NCBI GenBank assembly: GCA_963822585.1
Contig: CAWGIE010000010.1
Location: forward strand, 128,001-192,000
DNA length: 64,000 nt
Origin: an uncultured bacterium
Lineage (GTDB): Bacteria > Auribacterota > Erginobacteria > Erginobacterales > Erginobacteraceae
Direction: 5' to 3'
Made by a program: the position numbers and the translations under genes. Shown in pieces: positions 47,157 to 57,489 of this stretch. The first letter of the stretch is position 1. Every line of letters starts with the position of its first letter. The notes under the pieces are model-generated. The model ran no database searches. It saw nothing but the letters and a program-made list of their open reading frames with translations, and had not been told where the DNA came from.

Positions 47157-49016
47157 TTTTTTAACCCCTCCCTCCCGTTTCCGGCGGGAAAGGAGCAGGA
47201 TGTGCCGCAGTTCCTCTTCCCCCGTCGCCTCCCGCCACCGTCGGTCGAAGTCGGACCCGTGAGCGATCTGGGCGATGGCCATCAATGCCCGCAGGTGAAA
47301 ATTCCTCTCGTCCCTGGACCCGATGAGAACGAACATGGCGTGCACCGGCCGCTCCACGCAGGGGAAGGAGATGCCTTTCCGGGCGCGGACCAGGAGGAGG
47401 TGAAATACTTTCTCGCCCGCGATCAGGATGTGAGGGATGGCAAGACCGGGGTGGATGACGGTGCAGGACTGTTCTTCCCGTTCCCGGAACATGCCCACCA
47501 GTGAGTCTTCGTCTTGGTGCAGCAGCGGTGAGAGCGCGCGGGCGATCTCCCGAAACGCCTCCCCGGATGATATCGCCTCCGGGAAGTCGATCACCGGACA
47601 GACGTTTACCAGGCGGTCGAAACGGTCTTCGATAATTTCGTCCCGTTGCATCAGGATATCTTTCAGCTCGTTCTCCAACGTGGGCTGAAGGAGTTCCCGG
47701 TCGGTCACCCGCTGTACCACGTGCATCAGGGCGGATTGCCGCCGGACCCCCTTCCGGGGGTAGATGAGATACCAGAAGATGCCTACGATGACAAAGAGCC
47801 CGGTGATGAGCAGGGGGACTGCTCCCATCTCGAAAATAAGGAACGCGTAGATGATAATCGCTCCAATCTGTATCCAGGGATAGAAGGGGGACCGGAAGAG
47901 GGGGCGATAACTGTGGATCTTGCTCTCCCTCATGATAATGACGCTGAGGTTCACGCTCATGAAAAGAAGGATCATCATGGTGGAGGCGGTCTTGACCAGG
48001 TTCTCCAGATCGAGAAAGAGGATCACGCAGATCATGAAGGCCGCGGTGACGAGGATGGAGGTTATCGGCGTCCCGCTCCGGTGGTGAGTTCTTTTGAAAA
48101 GAGGGGGCAGGAGACTGTCCGCGCTCATCGCCATCGGGGCCCGGGAGGCCGCGAGGATTCCGGCATTAGCGGTGGTGATGAAGGCGATCATGGCCGCTCC
48201 GGCAAGAATAAGCATCCCGGGGGTCCCCATCAGGGCCCGGGCGGCCAGGGAGATCGGGGTGAGGGAATTTCTGAGAACCGGCGCCGGCAATACCCCGACC
48301 GTTATCCCGACCACGACGATGTAAAGAAGGCCGACCACGACATAGGCGGCGATCATCCCCCGGGGAATACTCCGCCCCGGGTTGATGGTCTCCTCGGCCA
48401 CGCTGGCGACCTTGGTCAGGCCGCCGTAGGATATGAAGATCAGACCCACGGTGGCGAAGACGGCCTTCATACCGTCCGGGGCGAAGTTCTTGAAGTGATC
48501 GAGCTGGATCCTCTGGATCCCGACGGCGGAAAAAAGGATGAGGGCCCCCAGGAGAGCCAAAACCAGCCAGATCTGGAACCGTCCGGCGTGCTTGACTGAA
48601 ATAATGTTGACGGCGGTGAAGACAAGACAGAAGAAGACGGCGATCAGATCCATCTGGAACTCGGTGATGCCGGGGAAGATCAAGATCCCGAACGCTCCCA
48701 TCCCCGCCAGCGCGAAGGCGCTCTTGAAGCTGATCGAGAACCAGTTCGCCAGCCCCGCCAGCGTCCCGGCCAGGGGACCCAGGCTGCGCTCGATGAAAAA
48801 GTAGGTCCCCCCCGATTTGGGCATCGCCGTGGCCAGTTCCGCCTTGGAAAGGAGACTGGGAATGATAAGAAGCCCAGCCAGCAGATAGGCGAGGATGACG
48901 GCCGGTCCGGCCCGCGCGAAGGCGAGCCCGGGGAGGACAAAGAGCCCGGAGCTGATCATCGCCCCGGCGGCGATGCTGAAGATGCCGACGGTTCCCAGTG
49001 TGCGTTTAAGTTCCAT
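47154..49016 (-). CDS. APC-family amino acid permease fused to a PTS EIIA-like domain (start revised to ATG 49016)
   Basis: GAMISSGLFVLPG, ELATAMP.SGG.Y; C-terminal ERE......GLAIPH EIIA motif. Confidence 0.92.
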   Translation of the reverse strand: MELKRTLGTVGIFSIAAGAMISSGLFVLPGLAFARAGPAVILAYLLAGLLIIPSLLSKAELATAMPKSGGTYFFIERSLGPLAGTLAGLANWFSISFKSAFALAGMGAFGILIFPGITEFQMDLIAVFFCLVFTAVNIISVKHAGRFQIWLVLALLGALILFSAVGIQRIQLDHFKNFAPDGMKAVFATVGLIFISYGGLTKVASVAEETINPGRSIPRGMIAAYVVVGLLYIVVVGITVGVLPAPVLRNSLTPISLAARALMGTPGMLILAGAAMIAFITTANAGILAASRAPMAMSADSLLPPLFKRTHHRSGTPITSILVTAAFMICVILFLDLENLVKTASTMMILLFMSVNLSVIIMRESKIHSYRPLFRSPFYPWIQIGAIIIYAFLIFEMGAVPLLITGLFVIVGIFWYLIYPRKGVRRQSALMHVVQRVTDRELLQPTLENELKDILMQRDEIIEDRFDRLVNVCPVIDFPEAISSGEAFREIARALSPLLHQDEDSLVGMFREREEQSCTVIHPGLAIPHILIAGEKVFHLLLVRARKGISFPCVERPVHAMFVLIGSRDERNFHLRALMAIAQIAHGSDFDRRWREATGEEELRHILLLSRRKREGGVKK

Positions 49017-49178
49017 TTTAAAATTTTTCTTCGAAATAAAATTTTTCTTCGAAAAATTTTTGATTTGAAAAATGATCAGGACAAAAAAGCGACACGTCAG
49101 CGGCCTGATTTTATCAAAATATAATACCATTCATTCTTTTGAACCAGAATAATTAACCCGATTTATCAATAAATCGGG

Positions 49179-50069
49179 TTAACGCCAATGGGGGAGGCGG
49201 TCGTTACCCGGGCTGGTCATGAACGGGCGGACGGTCCCCCGCTCGAGATCATAAAGAAAAAGCTGCCAGCGCCCGGTATCCCGCAGTGAGGAGAAGAGGA
49301 TCTTCTTTCCGTCCGGCGAGAAGACGGGGAAGTAGTCCTTGGCCGGGTTGTCGGTCAGCCGGGTCAGTTCCCGGGAAGAGAGACTATGGAGGTATATCTC
49401 GGTGTTGGGCCGGTCGATGTGCCGGACCAAGGTGACGGTTTCCCCGTCCGGCGACCACCCGGGGTGGCAATTTCCGGGGCCGCCGCAGAATTCCCGGACC
49501 GAGAGATCGGCAAGGTCCATGACGGCCGCCCGCCAGCGCCGGCCCGGCTTCGACTTCAGGGTAAATGCCAGGCGATCACCCCCCGGAGAATAGACCGCCC
49601 CGAAACGCGCTCCTTCGTCCCGGTACCGGGTCAGCTGCTTGAGATCGCTGCCTGCGGGGTCCATGGTATAGAAGTTTTCGGAACCGTCCCGGTCTGAGCA
49701 GAAGAGTATCCGCCGGCCGTCGGGGGACCAGGCGGGAGACCAGTCCCGGGCCGGGTGGTCGGTCAGGCGGGTGAGGCCGCTCCCGTCGATATTTATCAGG
49801 TAGATCTCGCCGTTTCCGTCCCGGTCCGATTCGAAGATGACCCTGGTTTTATCGGGGGAGAGTCGAGGGGATTCGTCGGCGGCCGGATCCGCGGTCAGCC
49901 GCCGGATGTCTTCACCTTCCGGTCCGCAGAGGTAAATCTCCCGGTTGCCGTCCCGGTCGGAGTCGAAGACGATCCATTCCCGGGCGGGTTGGGGTGTCGG
50001 ATCTTCTCTTGCGGGGTGAATGATTAAGAGTAAAAACGAAAGGAGAAAGGATATCGCCAAAATGAACAT
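49179..50069 (-). CDS. TolB-like PD40 beta-propeller exported protein
   Basis: Repeated P.WSPDG..I.F.SDRDG..EIY. Confidence 0.9.
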   Translation of the reverse strand: MFILAISFLLSFLLLIIHPAREDPTPQPAREWIVFDSDRDGNREIYLCGPEGEDIRRLTADPAADESPRLSPDKTRVIFESDRDGNGEIYLINIDGSGLTRLTDHPARDWSPAWSPDGRRILFCSDRDGSENFYTMDPAGSDLKQLTRYRDEGARFGAVYSPGGDRLAFTLKSKPGRRWRAAVMDLADLSVREFCGGPGNCHPGWSPDGETVTLVRHIDRPNTEIYLHSLSSRELTRLTDNPAKDYFPVFSPDGKKILFSSLRDTGRWQLFLYDLERGTVRPFMTSPGNDRLPHWR

Positions 50070-50081
50070 AATTCCCGGTGG

Positions 50082-50180
50082 TCGGTTAGCCGGTAATCAG
50101 TAATCGGTAATCGGTAATCGGTCCGCTGCTGCCCGATGCAACACCGATCTCTGATTACCGATCACTGATTACCGATTACT
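50082..50180. repeat. Inverted heptamer tandem-repeat element
   Basis: (GTAATCG/A)n...(CTGATTA/CCGATTA)n. Confidence 0.85.
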
Positions 50181-50185
50181 ATTAG

Positions 50186-51110
50186 TTATTGTTCTATCTT
50201 GGCTGTCCCCGCCATTCCCCGCAGCCGCCTGATCCGTTCTTCGACCGGAGGATGGGTGCTGAACAGGGAGCTCTCTTTTCTTTTCCCGGATTGACTTGAT
50301 CGGGCTGACGATGTAGAGATGCTGGGTGGCCCGGTTGGATACTTCCAGCACCCCCGGGTTCCGGGATATCTTCTCCAGGGCGGAGGCGAGGCCCTCCGGG
50401 TACCGCGTCATCAGGGCGGCCTGGGCGTCGGCCAGGTACTCCCGCTGGCGGGAGACGGCCAGCTGGATGATCAGGGCGAAGAGGGGCGCCAGAATAGCCA
50501 AAACCAGGGCCACCACCATCAGGATTCCGCCTCCTCCCGATGAACTGCCGCTTGACCTTCGCCGCCCCCCGCCGGTCCAGAAAGTGTAGCGGAGAAAGAA
50601 ATCGGACATCAGGGCCACCATCCCCACCAGGATGCCGATCAGGGTGGCGAAAAGAATGTCGTAATCGCCGACGTGGCTCAGTTCATGAGCCAGGACCCCC
50701 TGGAGTTCGGCCCGGTCGAGACGCCGCAGGAGCGCGGTGGTGACGGCGATCGAGGCGTGAGCGGGATCCCTTCCGGTGGCGAAGGCGTTGGGAGCGTCGT
50801 CGTCCGTAATGATGTAGAGCGCGGGCATGGGGAGGCCGGAGGCGATGGTCAGTTCCTCCACGACGTTATAGAGCTGGGGATACTGTGCCCGATCGGCCGG
50901 CCGGGCGTGGCTCACCGCCAGCACGATCCGGTCCCCCCGGTAATAGCCGGTCAGGGCCATGGCGACCGAGAAGACAAAGGCGATGATGACGGCGTAGGGT
51001 CCGAAGCCGGCCACCCGGCCGAAGATGTAGCCGAGGAGGATAACCGCGGCCACAAAGACGACGACCAGGATGAGGGAGTTGCGCTTGTTTTGAGAGATTT
51101 CCGAGTACAT
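50186..51110 (-). CDS. htpX: M48 zinc metalloprotease HtpX; apparent +1 frameshift near 50272-50285
   Basis: PNAFATG, HELSH, SRQREYLAD; LFSTHPP.EERI present only in the +1 frame; lemA neighbour. Confidence 0.92.
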
Positions 51111-51143
51111 ACGATTTGCCCCGTTTTTTTGAAAATAGCTAAG

Positions 51144-51234
51144 AGGAGTGATGGAGTGTTGGAGTGTTGGAGTGTTGGAAAAACGGGGCCTTCGATACCC
51201 ATTACTCCACCACTCCACTATTCCATCACTCCAT
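51144..51234. repeat. Inverted octamer tandem-repeat element
   Basis: (GGAGTGTT/GGAGTGAT)n...(ACTCCACC/ATTCCATC)n. Confidence 0.85.
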
Positions 51235-51288
51235 TTCGCTTTCTCCCCTCGCGTGAATTAGCCGGATAGCAGGTGCCCGGGGCAACAG

Positions 51289-51846
51289 TTACTGGAACGA
51301 TACCTTCACCGGTTCTTTCTCTTCCGGAGTCTCGACCTCGAAGAACTCTACCCCGGTGAACCCGAAGGTCCCGGCGATCAGGTTGGTCGGGAAGACCTGG
51401 ATCCGGGTGTTCATCTTCATCGCCTGGTCGTTATAATGCTGCCGGGCGAAAGAAATCCTGTTCTCGGTGGTGGTCAGCTCCTCCTGGAGCTTGAGCATGT
51501 TCTCGTTGGCCTTCAACTGGGGATAGTTTTCCGCCACCGCGAAGAGAGAGCGGAGGGTCTGGGAGAGGAAGTTTTCCGCTTTTGCCTGTTCGGCGGCGCC
51601 GCCAGTGACATCAATCGCCTGGGTCCGGGCCCGGGTCACGTTCTCCAGCACCTCCCTCTCGTGCTTCATGTAGCCCTTGCAGGTTTCCACCAGGTTCGGG
51701 ATCAGATCGTAGCGCCGCTTCAGCTGGACGTCGATCTGGCTCCAGGCGTTCTTCACTTGCTGGCGGAGCCGAACCAGCCCATTATAGGCGGAGATGGCCC
51801 AGATAATGAGGACGGCAAAAAGAATAACGGGAATCCAGAGCATCAC
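51289..51846 (-). CDS. lemA: LemA family protein
   Basis: YNGLV, AWSQIDVQLKRRYDLIPNLV, ENYP.LKAN. Confidence 0.97.
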   Translation of the reverse strand: MMLWIPVILFAVLIIWAISAYNGLVRLRQQVKNAWSQIDVQLKRRYDLIPNLVETCKGYMKHEREVLENVTRARTQAIDVTGGAAEQAKAENFLSQTLRSLFAVAENYPQLKANENMLKLQEELTTTENRISFARQHYNDQAMKMNTRIQVFPTNLIAGTFGFTGVEFFEVETPEEKEPVKVSFQ

Positions 51847-51947
51847 TGACCTCCTTTTCTTGAACCCAATTTAAAAATCAGGTTAGTTTTGAACAATGAC
51901 GAAAGATACAGGGACCGCATTCATGACGAGAGCTTACTCGAAAATTT

Positions 51948-52174
51948 CGTAAGCTTTCAAATCCTAATCTCTACATCCTTAATAATATCAAATTCAGCCG
52001 CCGTAGCCAAAAGGCTACTATGGCGAAGGAGGCTGACTCAAACTAAAAAAATCCAGAACAACGGGGCGACAACTGGCGATATTTGAAACATTTGGTCATT
52101 TGGATTTTGGATTTGTTTAGGATTTCGAAATTAGGATTTCGGATTTCCCGCTCGAAATCCTTTTCGAGCGGGGT
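51948..52174. repeat. ~220 bp dispersed palindromic element (AAATCCT/AGGATTT units), copy 1
   Basis: Homologous to 58477-58698 and, inverted, to 61563-61773. Confidence 0.9.
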
Positions 52175-52183
52175 GTGGATTGT

Positions 52184-53392
52184 TTATTTTTCCTCCCCGG
52201 ATATCGGTTCCGCCCAGGGAGGGTGTTGTAAAAGATAGCGGCTGATTTCCCGGGCGACCAGATTCGAACCCTGAACGGTCAGGTGGCAATCGTCATAAAA
52301 CACGTCGGTGGTGCGGGGGAAGACCGCGGCCAGGTCGATGCATTCCATCCCCCGCCACCGGCAGAAACTGACCACGAGCTGATTGTATCTCTCCAGGCCG
52401 TCCGCGAGCGCCCGGGCCGTATAGTAAGGCTGCCCCCGGCTGGTTTTAAACGGTCCCACCCCTCCCATCCAGAGCCGGTTTTCTTCCTCGGGCGTCATCT
52501 CTTTCTTCCAGAGCGCGGGCTGGGTGACAAAGATGAGCCGAACGTCTTTCCGGGCGGCGAGGTCGATCAGTTCGCGGATATTAGAGAGATACTCCCGCAG
52601 GGCCGGCCCCAGATCCGGGAGTTGATCGATCCGGTCAGGGGAATTCCGGCGGTTTTCGCGCCAGAGAGCGACGATCTTTCCCCGGGAATCCTGGGGGCGT
52701 TCGGAGAAAAATCGTCTCCCGATCCGTTTTGCCACTCTCCAGAGGCCGGTCTTTTTATAAAAGGGAGGAGGGGGGAGGGAAAACTGATAAGGGACGAAGA
52801 GAAAGGCGTGGTCGAGCTGACGGCTCTCCGCTTCCGGCTGTTCCAGGTAATGAGGGTCATAGGCTTCTCCCTGACGGAGCCGGAGCAGGAGGTCGTTGAC
52901 TCCGAGCAGAACGATGACGGCGTCGACGTCAAGGGCCAGGGGCTGGAGAGGAAGGTATTTGAGATGGCAGATGTGATCCCGGCTGTTCATGCCGCTCCGT
53001 CCGCCGTTGCCGACCCAAACTTGCAGCCGGGGCTGCTCTTTTTCCAGGTTGGAGATGATCAGCCGGGGCCAGGTGACTCTCTGGTCCAGATAGAGGCATT
53101 CGGCCGCGCTCCCTCCCAGAACCAGGAGCCGGTAATCGTCGTTGGGAGCCGGATTGTAGCTTCTCAGTCCGTAGGAGTTGGTGCGGAACCAGACCCGGGG
53201 GCTGGTCCCGGGAAGAATCTTCTGGTCCGGAGCGAAGATTCTTTCCATCCCGGGCGGCCAGATATAGAAATTGTCGGGCGCCGGGATCAGGCGGGCGGCG
53301 AAGAGTTCCAGCAGGAGGATGGAGATCAGCACGATGATGATCACCATGCAGGTCTTGAGCAGCTTCAGCTTGAAAGCGATATCCTTCATCAT
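52184..53392 (-). CDS. Membrane-anchored SGNH/GDSL hydrolase-like protein
   Basis: LGGS, GVND, D.CH; N-terminal TM segment. Confidence 0.85.
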   Translation of the reverse strand: MMKDIAFKLKLLKTCMVIIIVLISILLLELFAARLIPAPDNFYIWPPGMERIFAPDQKILPGTSPRVWFRTNSYGLRSYNPAPNDDYRLLVLGGSAAECLYLDQRVTWPRLIISNLEKEQPRLQVWVGNGGRSGMNSRDHICHLKYLPLQPLALDVDAVIVLLGVNDLLLRLRQGEAYDPHYLEQPEAESRQLDHAFLFVPYQFSLPPPPFYKKTGLWRVAKRIGRRFFSERPQDSRGKIVALWRENRRNSPDRIDQLPDLGPALREYLSNIRELIDLAARKDVRLIFVTQPALWKKEMTPEEENRLWMGGVGPFKTSRGQPYYTARALADGLERYNQLVVSFCRWRGMECIDLAAVFPRTTDVFYDDCHLTVQGSNLVAREISRYLLQHPPWAEPISGEEK

Positions 53393-53690
53393 GCGCGGAA
53401 TAGCGGGTGACGCGATAGAGAGCACGTTAACCCGATTTATTCCTGTTGTCAAGCCGGGGGTTTTTTCATTAGAGTTGTATAAAGTAGCGCCGAAGGCGGT
53501 AATTTATTGCTTCGGAATTTCAATGAATCGAAATTCCTGGGTATCGTTGATCGGTTGCGCAGCTCGAAACGTTGAACGGTGTACGGTTACGTGGGGCTCG
53601 CCCCGCAACCGTTCCCCGCAACCGATTCGAGCAGCGCAACCGCAACCTTTTAACCCGAATGTCGCCCGAACAAAGTGAGGGCTAAGTTCT

Positions 53691-54989
53691 ATGTATTATC
53701 TGATCTATAATTATTTGTTCTCGATGGGACTGCTGCTGGCGCTCCCGTTTTTGCTGGTCCGGATGGCCACTACCCGTCGTTTCCGGGCCGGACTCGGCGA
53801 GCGGCTGGGGTTTTACGGTCCCCGCGGGAAACAGCTTTCCGGACGGCGTTCCATCTGGATTCAGGCGGCTTCGGTGGGGGAAGTACATGCCGCCCTGCCG
53901 TTGATCGAACTCCTGGCCCGTGAGTTTCCCCACGACTCGCTGGTTCTGACCTGCCAGACAGCGGCCGGCCGGGCGGTCGCCCGGGAGAAGCTCGGCCGCC
54001 GGGCGATCGCCGTCCTCTCCCCACTCGACCTGGGATGTATCGTCGGGAAATTGATCCGCCGGATATCCCCCCGGGTATTGATCCTGATCGAAACCGAGAT
54101 CTGGCCGGGCATGATCATGACCGCCCGGAAGAAGGGGGTGCCGATCATCATTGTTAACGGAAGGATTTCCGCCTCGTCCTTCAGGGGGTACCAAAAGATC
54201 GGTTTCCTGATCGGGCCGCTGCTGGAGATGATCGCCGCCTTCGGGATGCGGACGGAAGAAGACGCGGTCCGCATCAAGCGCCTGGGCGCTCGTCCCGGCC
54301 GGGTGGCGGTGACCGGAAACACCAAGTTTGATTCTCTCCCCGGTCCTCTTCTGGCCCCGGAAGTCCAGAGCGATCTGAAGACCCGGCTGGGGCTGGACGG
54401 AAGCGAATTGCTGATCGTGGGGGGGAGCACGTTCGAAGGCGAGGACGTGATTCTGTATCAGGCATACCGGGAACTCCGGCCCCGATTTCCGGGGCTGCGG
54501 CTGATTTTGGCGCCCCGTCATCTGGAGAGGGTCCCCGCGGTTGCATCCTCCCTCCGTTCCCGAGGGGAGAACAGCGTTCTTTTCTCCCGGCTGCCCGCCG
54601 GGGCCCCGGGCCGTAAAGCAGATGTTGTGATCCTCGATCGGTTGGGGGTATTATCCTCACTATATGGGCTGGCCGCCGTCGTCTTTATCGGGAGAAGCCT
54701 CCGCGGGGGGGGAGGGCAGAACCCGATCGAGCCCGCCGCGCTTTTGAGGCCGGTGCTTTTCGGGCCCCGGATGGAGAACTTTCGGGAGATCGCCGACGCT
54801 CTGGTCGCGGCGGGGGGAGCGATCATGATCGGCGATGCCAAGGATCTGACGGCCCGGCTAGCCGAGCTTCTCTCCGATCCGGAAAAGCGCGAAATAATGG
54901 GCGGGAAGGCCCGCCGGGTGGTGGAAGGCCTGGGCGGCGCCAGTGGGAAGAACCGGGAGCTGATATCCCGGGTCATTCACGAAAATTGA
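53691..54989 (+). CDS. waaA: Kdo transferase
   Basis: AASVGE, ETEIWP, NGRIS, GNTKFD, APRH.ER, GGQNPIEP. Confidence 0.97.
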   Translation: MYYLIYNYLFSMGLLLALPFLLVRMATTRRFRAGLGERLGFYGPRGKQLSGRRSIWIQAASVGEVHAALPLIELLAREFPHDSLVLTCQTAAGRAVAREKLGRRAIAVLSPLDLGCIVGKLIRRISPRVLILIETEIWPGMIMTARKKGVPIIIVNGRISASSFRGYQKIGFLIGPLLEMIAAFGMRTEEDAVRIKRLGARPGRVAVTGNTKFDSLPGPLLAPEVQSDLKTRLGLDGSELLIVGGSTFEGEDVILYQAYRELRPRFPGLRLILAPRHLERVPAVASSLRSRGENSVLFSRLPAGAPGRKADVVILDRLGVLSSLYGLAAVVFIGRSLRGGGGQNPIEPAALLRPVLFGPRMENFREIADALVAAGGAIMIGDAKDLTARLAELLSDPEKREIMGGKARRVVEGLGGASGKNRELISRVIHEN

Positions 54990-55140
54990 AATTTTTCACT
55001 TTTCATGAATAATCCAGGCTAAGGGCTTCCCGTTATGGATTAAACAGTTGGTTGCGAACTAATTTTCGGGCCGTTATCAATCTGTTTTGTGTTTTAAAAG
55101 CGAAAATTTGCTAAATTAGAGGCGAAGCCGCTAATTTATA

Positions 55141-56298
55141 ATGAATACCAGGGAAAGAATCGAAAGATATTATCTGAAGGTGCTGGGAGGGGAGAAGAAA
55201 GGCTTCCCCGTCCGGCTCTTCCAGGGGCTCCTCTGGACGTTTTCTCTGCTTTACCTGGCCGTCATCCAGATGCGTTTCCTCCTCTACCGCCTTCGGATAT
55301 TCCGGTCTCGTTCGGTAACGGCCTGGGTCGTCAGCGTCGGCAATATCACCCTGGGGGGGACCGGGAAAACCCCGGTGGTGGAACGGCTGGCGAATCTTTT
55401 GCATTCCCGGGGAAGGAAAGTCGCGATTATCAGCCGGGGGTACCGGAGAAAGACGGGACCGCGCTGGCGGCGCCTGAAAGAGAAGATACTGGGCGCCCCC
55501 ACTACCCGGGTGGTCTCCGATGGCCAGAATATTCTGCTCAATTCACGGGTCGCGGGGGATGAGCCGTACATGCTGGCCACCAACCTGAAGAATGTTCCGG
55601 TCCTGATCAACCGGAACCGGGTCAAGGCGGCATGGTACGCGATCCGCCGGCTGAAGGCCGATACCCTCATCCTCGATGACGGATACCAGCATCTCGACTT
55701 GAAGAGAGATCTGAATATCGTTCTCGTCGACGCCGGCCTCCCGTTCGGCAACGGTCATCTCTTCCCCCGCGGGATACTGCGGGAACCTCCCCGCAACCTC
55801 TCCCGGGCTGACCTGATCCTGATCACGAAAGCCGCCGCGGGCGCCCAGGAGGAGTTGAAAAAGGAGTTGCGGCGATATAATCAGCGGGCCGAGATCATGG
55901 AGTGCCGCCACCGGCCGATGTATTTCTACGACGTCCGGACGTCATTGAAGACATCCCTGGATTTTATTCGGGGTTCCCGAGTGGCCACCCTGGCCGGGAT
56001 CGCCCGCCCCGAGGGATTCGAACGGATGATCTCCGAACTGGGTGCCACGGTCATCTACTCCCGCCGTTTCGTGGACCATCATTTCTATACTCAGCAGGAA
56101 CTGATCGATATCCTGAACCGGGCGCAGAGGAAAGGGGCCGAGATCCTGCTCACCACCGAAAAAGACGCCGTCCGTTTTCCGCGTCTCCCCCGCGGAAAGA
56201 TGCCGGTCTTCGCGATCCGGGTCAGGATCGACAGCGTGGAGGAAGGGGATGTCTTCGATACCGAGCTGCTCCGCTTCCTGCGGGAAAGAAATCAATAA
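55141..56298 (+). CDS. lpxK: Tetraacyldisaccharide 4'-kinase
   Basis: VGNITLGGTGKTP, SRGY, GDEP, LDDGYQH, TTEKDAVR. Confidence 0.97.
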   Translation: MNTRERIERYYLKVLGGEKKGFPVRLFQGLLWTFSLLYLAVIQMRFLLYRLRIFRSRSVTAWVVSVGNITLGGTGKTPVVERLANLLHSRGRKVAIISRGYRRKTGPRWRRLKEKILGAPTTRVVSDGQNILLNSRVAGDEPYMLATNLKNVPVLINRNRVKAAWYAIRRLKADTLILDDGYQHLDLKRDLNIVLVDAGLPFGNGHLFPRGILREPPRNLSRADLILITKAAAGAQEELKKELRRYNQRAEIMECRHRPMYFYDVRTSLKTSLDFIRGSRVATLAGIARPEGFERMISELGATVIYSRRFVDHHFYTQQELIDILNRAQRKGAEILLTTEKDAVRFPRLPRGKMPVFAIRVRIDSVEEGDVFDTELLRFLRERNQ

Positions 56299-56362
56299 AC
56301 GTTAACTATACCTTGCTCCTAGAGGTATTCTTACGATTTTTCCCGCAACAACGAAGTAAATC

Positions 56363-56458
56363 ACCACGAAGTTCACGAAGAACACGAAGGATAATCAAAA
56401 CAAGGTAAGGTTGATCTTATTGTTTAAAGATCTTCGTGACCTTCGTGTCCTTCGTGGT
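56363..56458. repeat. Inverted 9-mer element (CACGAAG..)x3...(CTTCGTG..)x3
   Basis: CCACGAAGTTCACGAAGAACACGAAG / CTTCGTGACCTTCGTGTCCTTCGTGG. Confidence 0.85.
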
Positions 56459-56487
56459 TTCAAATGATTTAGCTTCATTGGGAATAG

Positions 56488-57480
56488 CTAATTCCCAGGG
56501 AAGATGCGGAGGTCGGCGGGGAGGGCGTTTCCCTCGCGGTCGACCAGAAAGATATTGCCGGTCCCGCTCAGGCATTCCCGGACGAACTCCCGATAGAGGC
56601 GTTTCCTGGTGATTCCGGGGACCTTGCTGTATTCGAAGAGCAGCTTCAGGAAGCGTTCCGATTCCCCTTTCGCCGCCTGGATCGATTTATCGCGGTAGGC
56701 CGCGGCCTCCTTCCGGTTCCGGTCGCCATCCGCCCGCGCCCGGGCGATCTCCTCGGTGGCGTACGATTCAGCCCGGCTCTCCATTTTCTTCTTGTCGATC
56801 TGGGAGTTGATCACGTCGTCGAAATAAGACTGGACCACGGAGGGAGGTCGGATGCCTTTGATGTCCACCCGATCGATGGCGATCCCGGACCGGTTCTCAT
56901 CGAGCTTTTTCTGCGCCAGCGCCTGGAGCCGCTCCTTGATTTCATCCTTCCCGGTGGTGAGGATGATGTCCACCGGCCTGGCCGCCAGCAGATGGATGAT
57001 TTGCTGGCAGATAATGTCCCGGAGGAGCGACTCTTTCTGGGTGGCGCCGAAAAGGTAGTCGAAGGGATCGGAGAATCGGTACTGGACGACCACCTTCACC
57101 TCGACGGTGTTGTTGTCCCCGGAGAGAGAATAGGACTCCAGACCGGTCAGCTTGTAGAAGATATCGGCCCGGGAACCGTTCTCGTTGTCCTGATAAAAAT
57201 CATCCACCGTCAGGCTCTTCGATTGTTTCACCGGGACCTTGTATATCCGGCTAAAAGGCCAGGGGAATGTGTAGTGAAGCCCCGGGGGGACCCGCCGGTC
57301 GACCACTTTCCCCAGGATCTCCTCGACCCCCAGTTCATTGGTTCTGATGGTGTAGAACCCCCAGCCGAGGTAGAAGATGACGACGCCCAGCAGGAGCCAG
57401 CGGACGAAACGCCGGCTGCCGAAAACGGCATTCTTCAATTCGTTCCCGATAGTCGGAATGTTCTGTTCATTCTCTGTCAT
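56488..57480 (-). CDS. hflK: HflK-like SPFH protein
   Basis: PGLH..FPWP, PP..V...FDDV, A.GE..RF. Confidence 0.82.
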   Translation of the reverse strand: MTENEQNIPTIGNELKNAVFGSRRFVRWLLLGVVIFYLGWGFYTIRTNELGVEEILGKVVDRRVPPGLHYTFPWPFSRIYKVPVKQSKSLTVDDFYQDNENGSRADIFYKLTGLESYSLSGDNNTVEVKVVVQYRFSDPFDYLFGATQKESLLRDIICQQIIHLLAARPVDIILTTGKDEIKERLQALAQKKLDENRSGIAIDRVDIKGIRPPSVVQSYFDDVINSQIDKKKMESRAESYATEEIARARADGDRNRKEAAAYRDKSIQAAKGESERFLKLLFEYSKVPGITRKRLYREFVRECLSGTGNIFLVDREGNALPADLRIFPGN

Positions 57481-57489
57481 GATGGATTT

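Noticed and set aside
49153..49182. Perfect palindrome at the end of the TolB-like gene as a novel element
   Set aside because: Adequately explained as a terminator or REP-like hairpin
54976..55022. CATGAATAATCCAGGCTAA as an IS terminal repeat
   Set aside because: Only a vague resemblance; no partner end or transposase nearby
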